Origin: Vicugna vicugna
Taxonomy: Eukaryota
Assembly (NCBI GenBank): GCA_013265495.1
Contig: MU057801.1
Coordinates: 1,419,879 to 1,483,878 of the forward strand
Length of the DNA stretch: 64,000 nt
Direction: 5' to 3'
Every line of letters begins with the position of its first letter. The first letter of the stretch is position 1. Both the position numbers and the translations under genes were made by a program. Of the stretch, positions 62,776-64,000 are shown piece after piece. The notes below the pieces were generated by a model. It made no database searches and was not told the origin of the DNA. It saw only the letters and a list, made by a program, of their open reading frames with translations.

Positions 62776-62890
62776 TTAATTGAAGTACAGTCAGTTACAA
62801 TGTGTCAATTTCTGGTGTGCAGCACACTGTCCCAGTCGTGCATATACAGACATATATTTGTTTTCATATTCTTTTTTCATTAAAGGTTAC
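62722..62890 (-). mobile_element. L1 3' fragment whose tail has become an (ATT)n microsatellite
   Basis: (ATT)n at about 62742-62774 followed by ttaattgaagtacagtcagttacaatgtgtc. Confidence 0.8.
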
Positions 62891-64000
62891 AGCTATAAAA
62901 CAATAGCTAATGATAATAATCATCAAAATAGATCCCCACCGGGCCACGCGCCATCCTCCGGGGAGTCACTTTGAGCCTAATCCTTCGCAGGAAGGACGCC
63001 TGTCCCGACTTTTCCAGGCATTCTGCGCCCGGAGGCGGGATGTGCTTTCCCTGGCACTCTGACAAGAGCAGGACGCGCTGCTAGTGTTTCTCAGCGTGCT
63101 GATGCATTTACTCAACATGGAATGTGTAAGGGCTGCGTCAACGTGCTGCGGTCGTCACAACCATGCTGCTTTTAAGCGTGTCGTTTTGGTGTTCTTGATT
63201 TCTAAAACAGAAGCCTCAGGTCAGTTAAGGAAATGGATATTCCAGGACGTTACAATCCTGAGGAGCAGTAAGAGAAAGAAGGCGGAAAAAAAAAAGAAAC
63301 CGCTGAGGAAGCCGGGCTGGGCAATCTAAGAAAGCGCGTGTGAGCAGAAGCACCACATATAATGCTGAGTAGAATTCAAGCAGCCCCCAGAGCTCCTTGG
63401 AGAAAGGAGCCGCCTGAAATAGAAGTAAAAGAGACAACTTCCCCACATTCCTCATATCCTTTTTCCGGTCTTGGCCACCAAATGCATACGGCTGTGGGTT
63501 ACTGTTCAACAAAAACTGTGTCCTGGGAGACCTCACAGTAGCTCCTCTGGGGGCGCTTGGGGCTGACCCACTGGGGTCTCCTAAGACCACCTCATTTTTC
63601 CATCAGCCCGCTGCCCGAGACTTCGGGGAGAGACAGCTCTGAGGCTTTGGAAGAGGAACTTCAAGACCCTTTCAGGTTACATCTCTGTCAGACGGCCTCG
63701 CTCGGGGAGGGACTTGAGACATGCCTCCCCTTATCCGGGCCCCGTGTCTGCGGTCACGGCGATGGAGTTAGTCTCGGAAGCCTGGGCTGCGTCCCCCTGA
63801 TTTGCATGGTAGATGGTTACATGAACTCTACCTCGGTGAGGCTAAGGGATTCTGAAGCTCTGCCCACAGACGGCACCTGCTCCCTGTTCGGAGCACGTGC
63901 GTCTGTCTTGGCCCTGAGTCCCCAGCCCCTGGACTCAGTTCTATTTGTCAAATGAAGGCACAAGCAATGCACCTACCAGCTCCAACCTGCCCTGACACAG

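Overview
Mammalian genomic DNA; the young L1 3' ends look cetartiodactyl, probably camelid (recalled similarity, not searched). The only protein-coding gene I can support is PAX1 on the + strand, with five coding exons at 40245-40248, 40669-41298, 42774-42916, 43409-43631 and 48339-48430. These give 1092 nt = 363 aa, with an intact paired domain and the HSVSNILG octapeptide. The gene lies in several CpG islands. The flanks are non-coding, with old repeats (a near full-length decayed L1MB-like element, L2, MIR, MLT1, MER5, L1ME) and short younger L1 3' fragments. Main observations: (1) the upstream [11 protein letters not shown], which gives human/mouse PAX1 an N-terminal extension, is out of frame here and forms an overlapping uORF; (2) a TTGACGTG-N5-CACGTCAA palindrome in the promoter; (3) a MEIS plus PBX-HOX motif pair in intron 4; (4) divergently oriented CTCF-like sites; (5) two 5'-inverted L1 insertions; (6) an apparent AT-to-GC bias in old repeats. 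I found no convincing novel multi-gene system. Most listed ORFs are GC-content artefacts. Repeat boundaries and subfamily names are approximate and assigned by eye.
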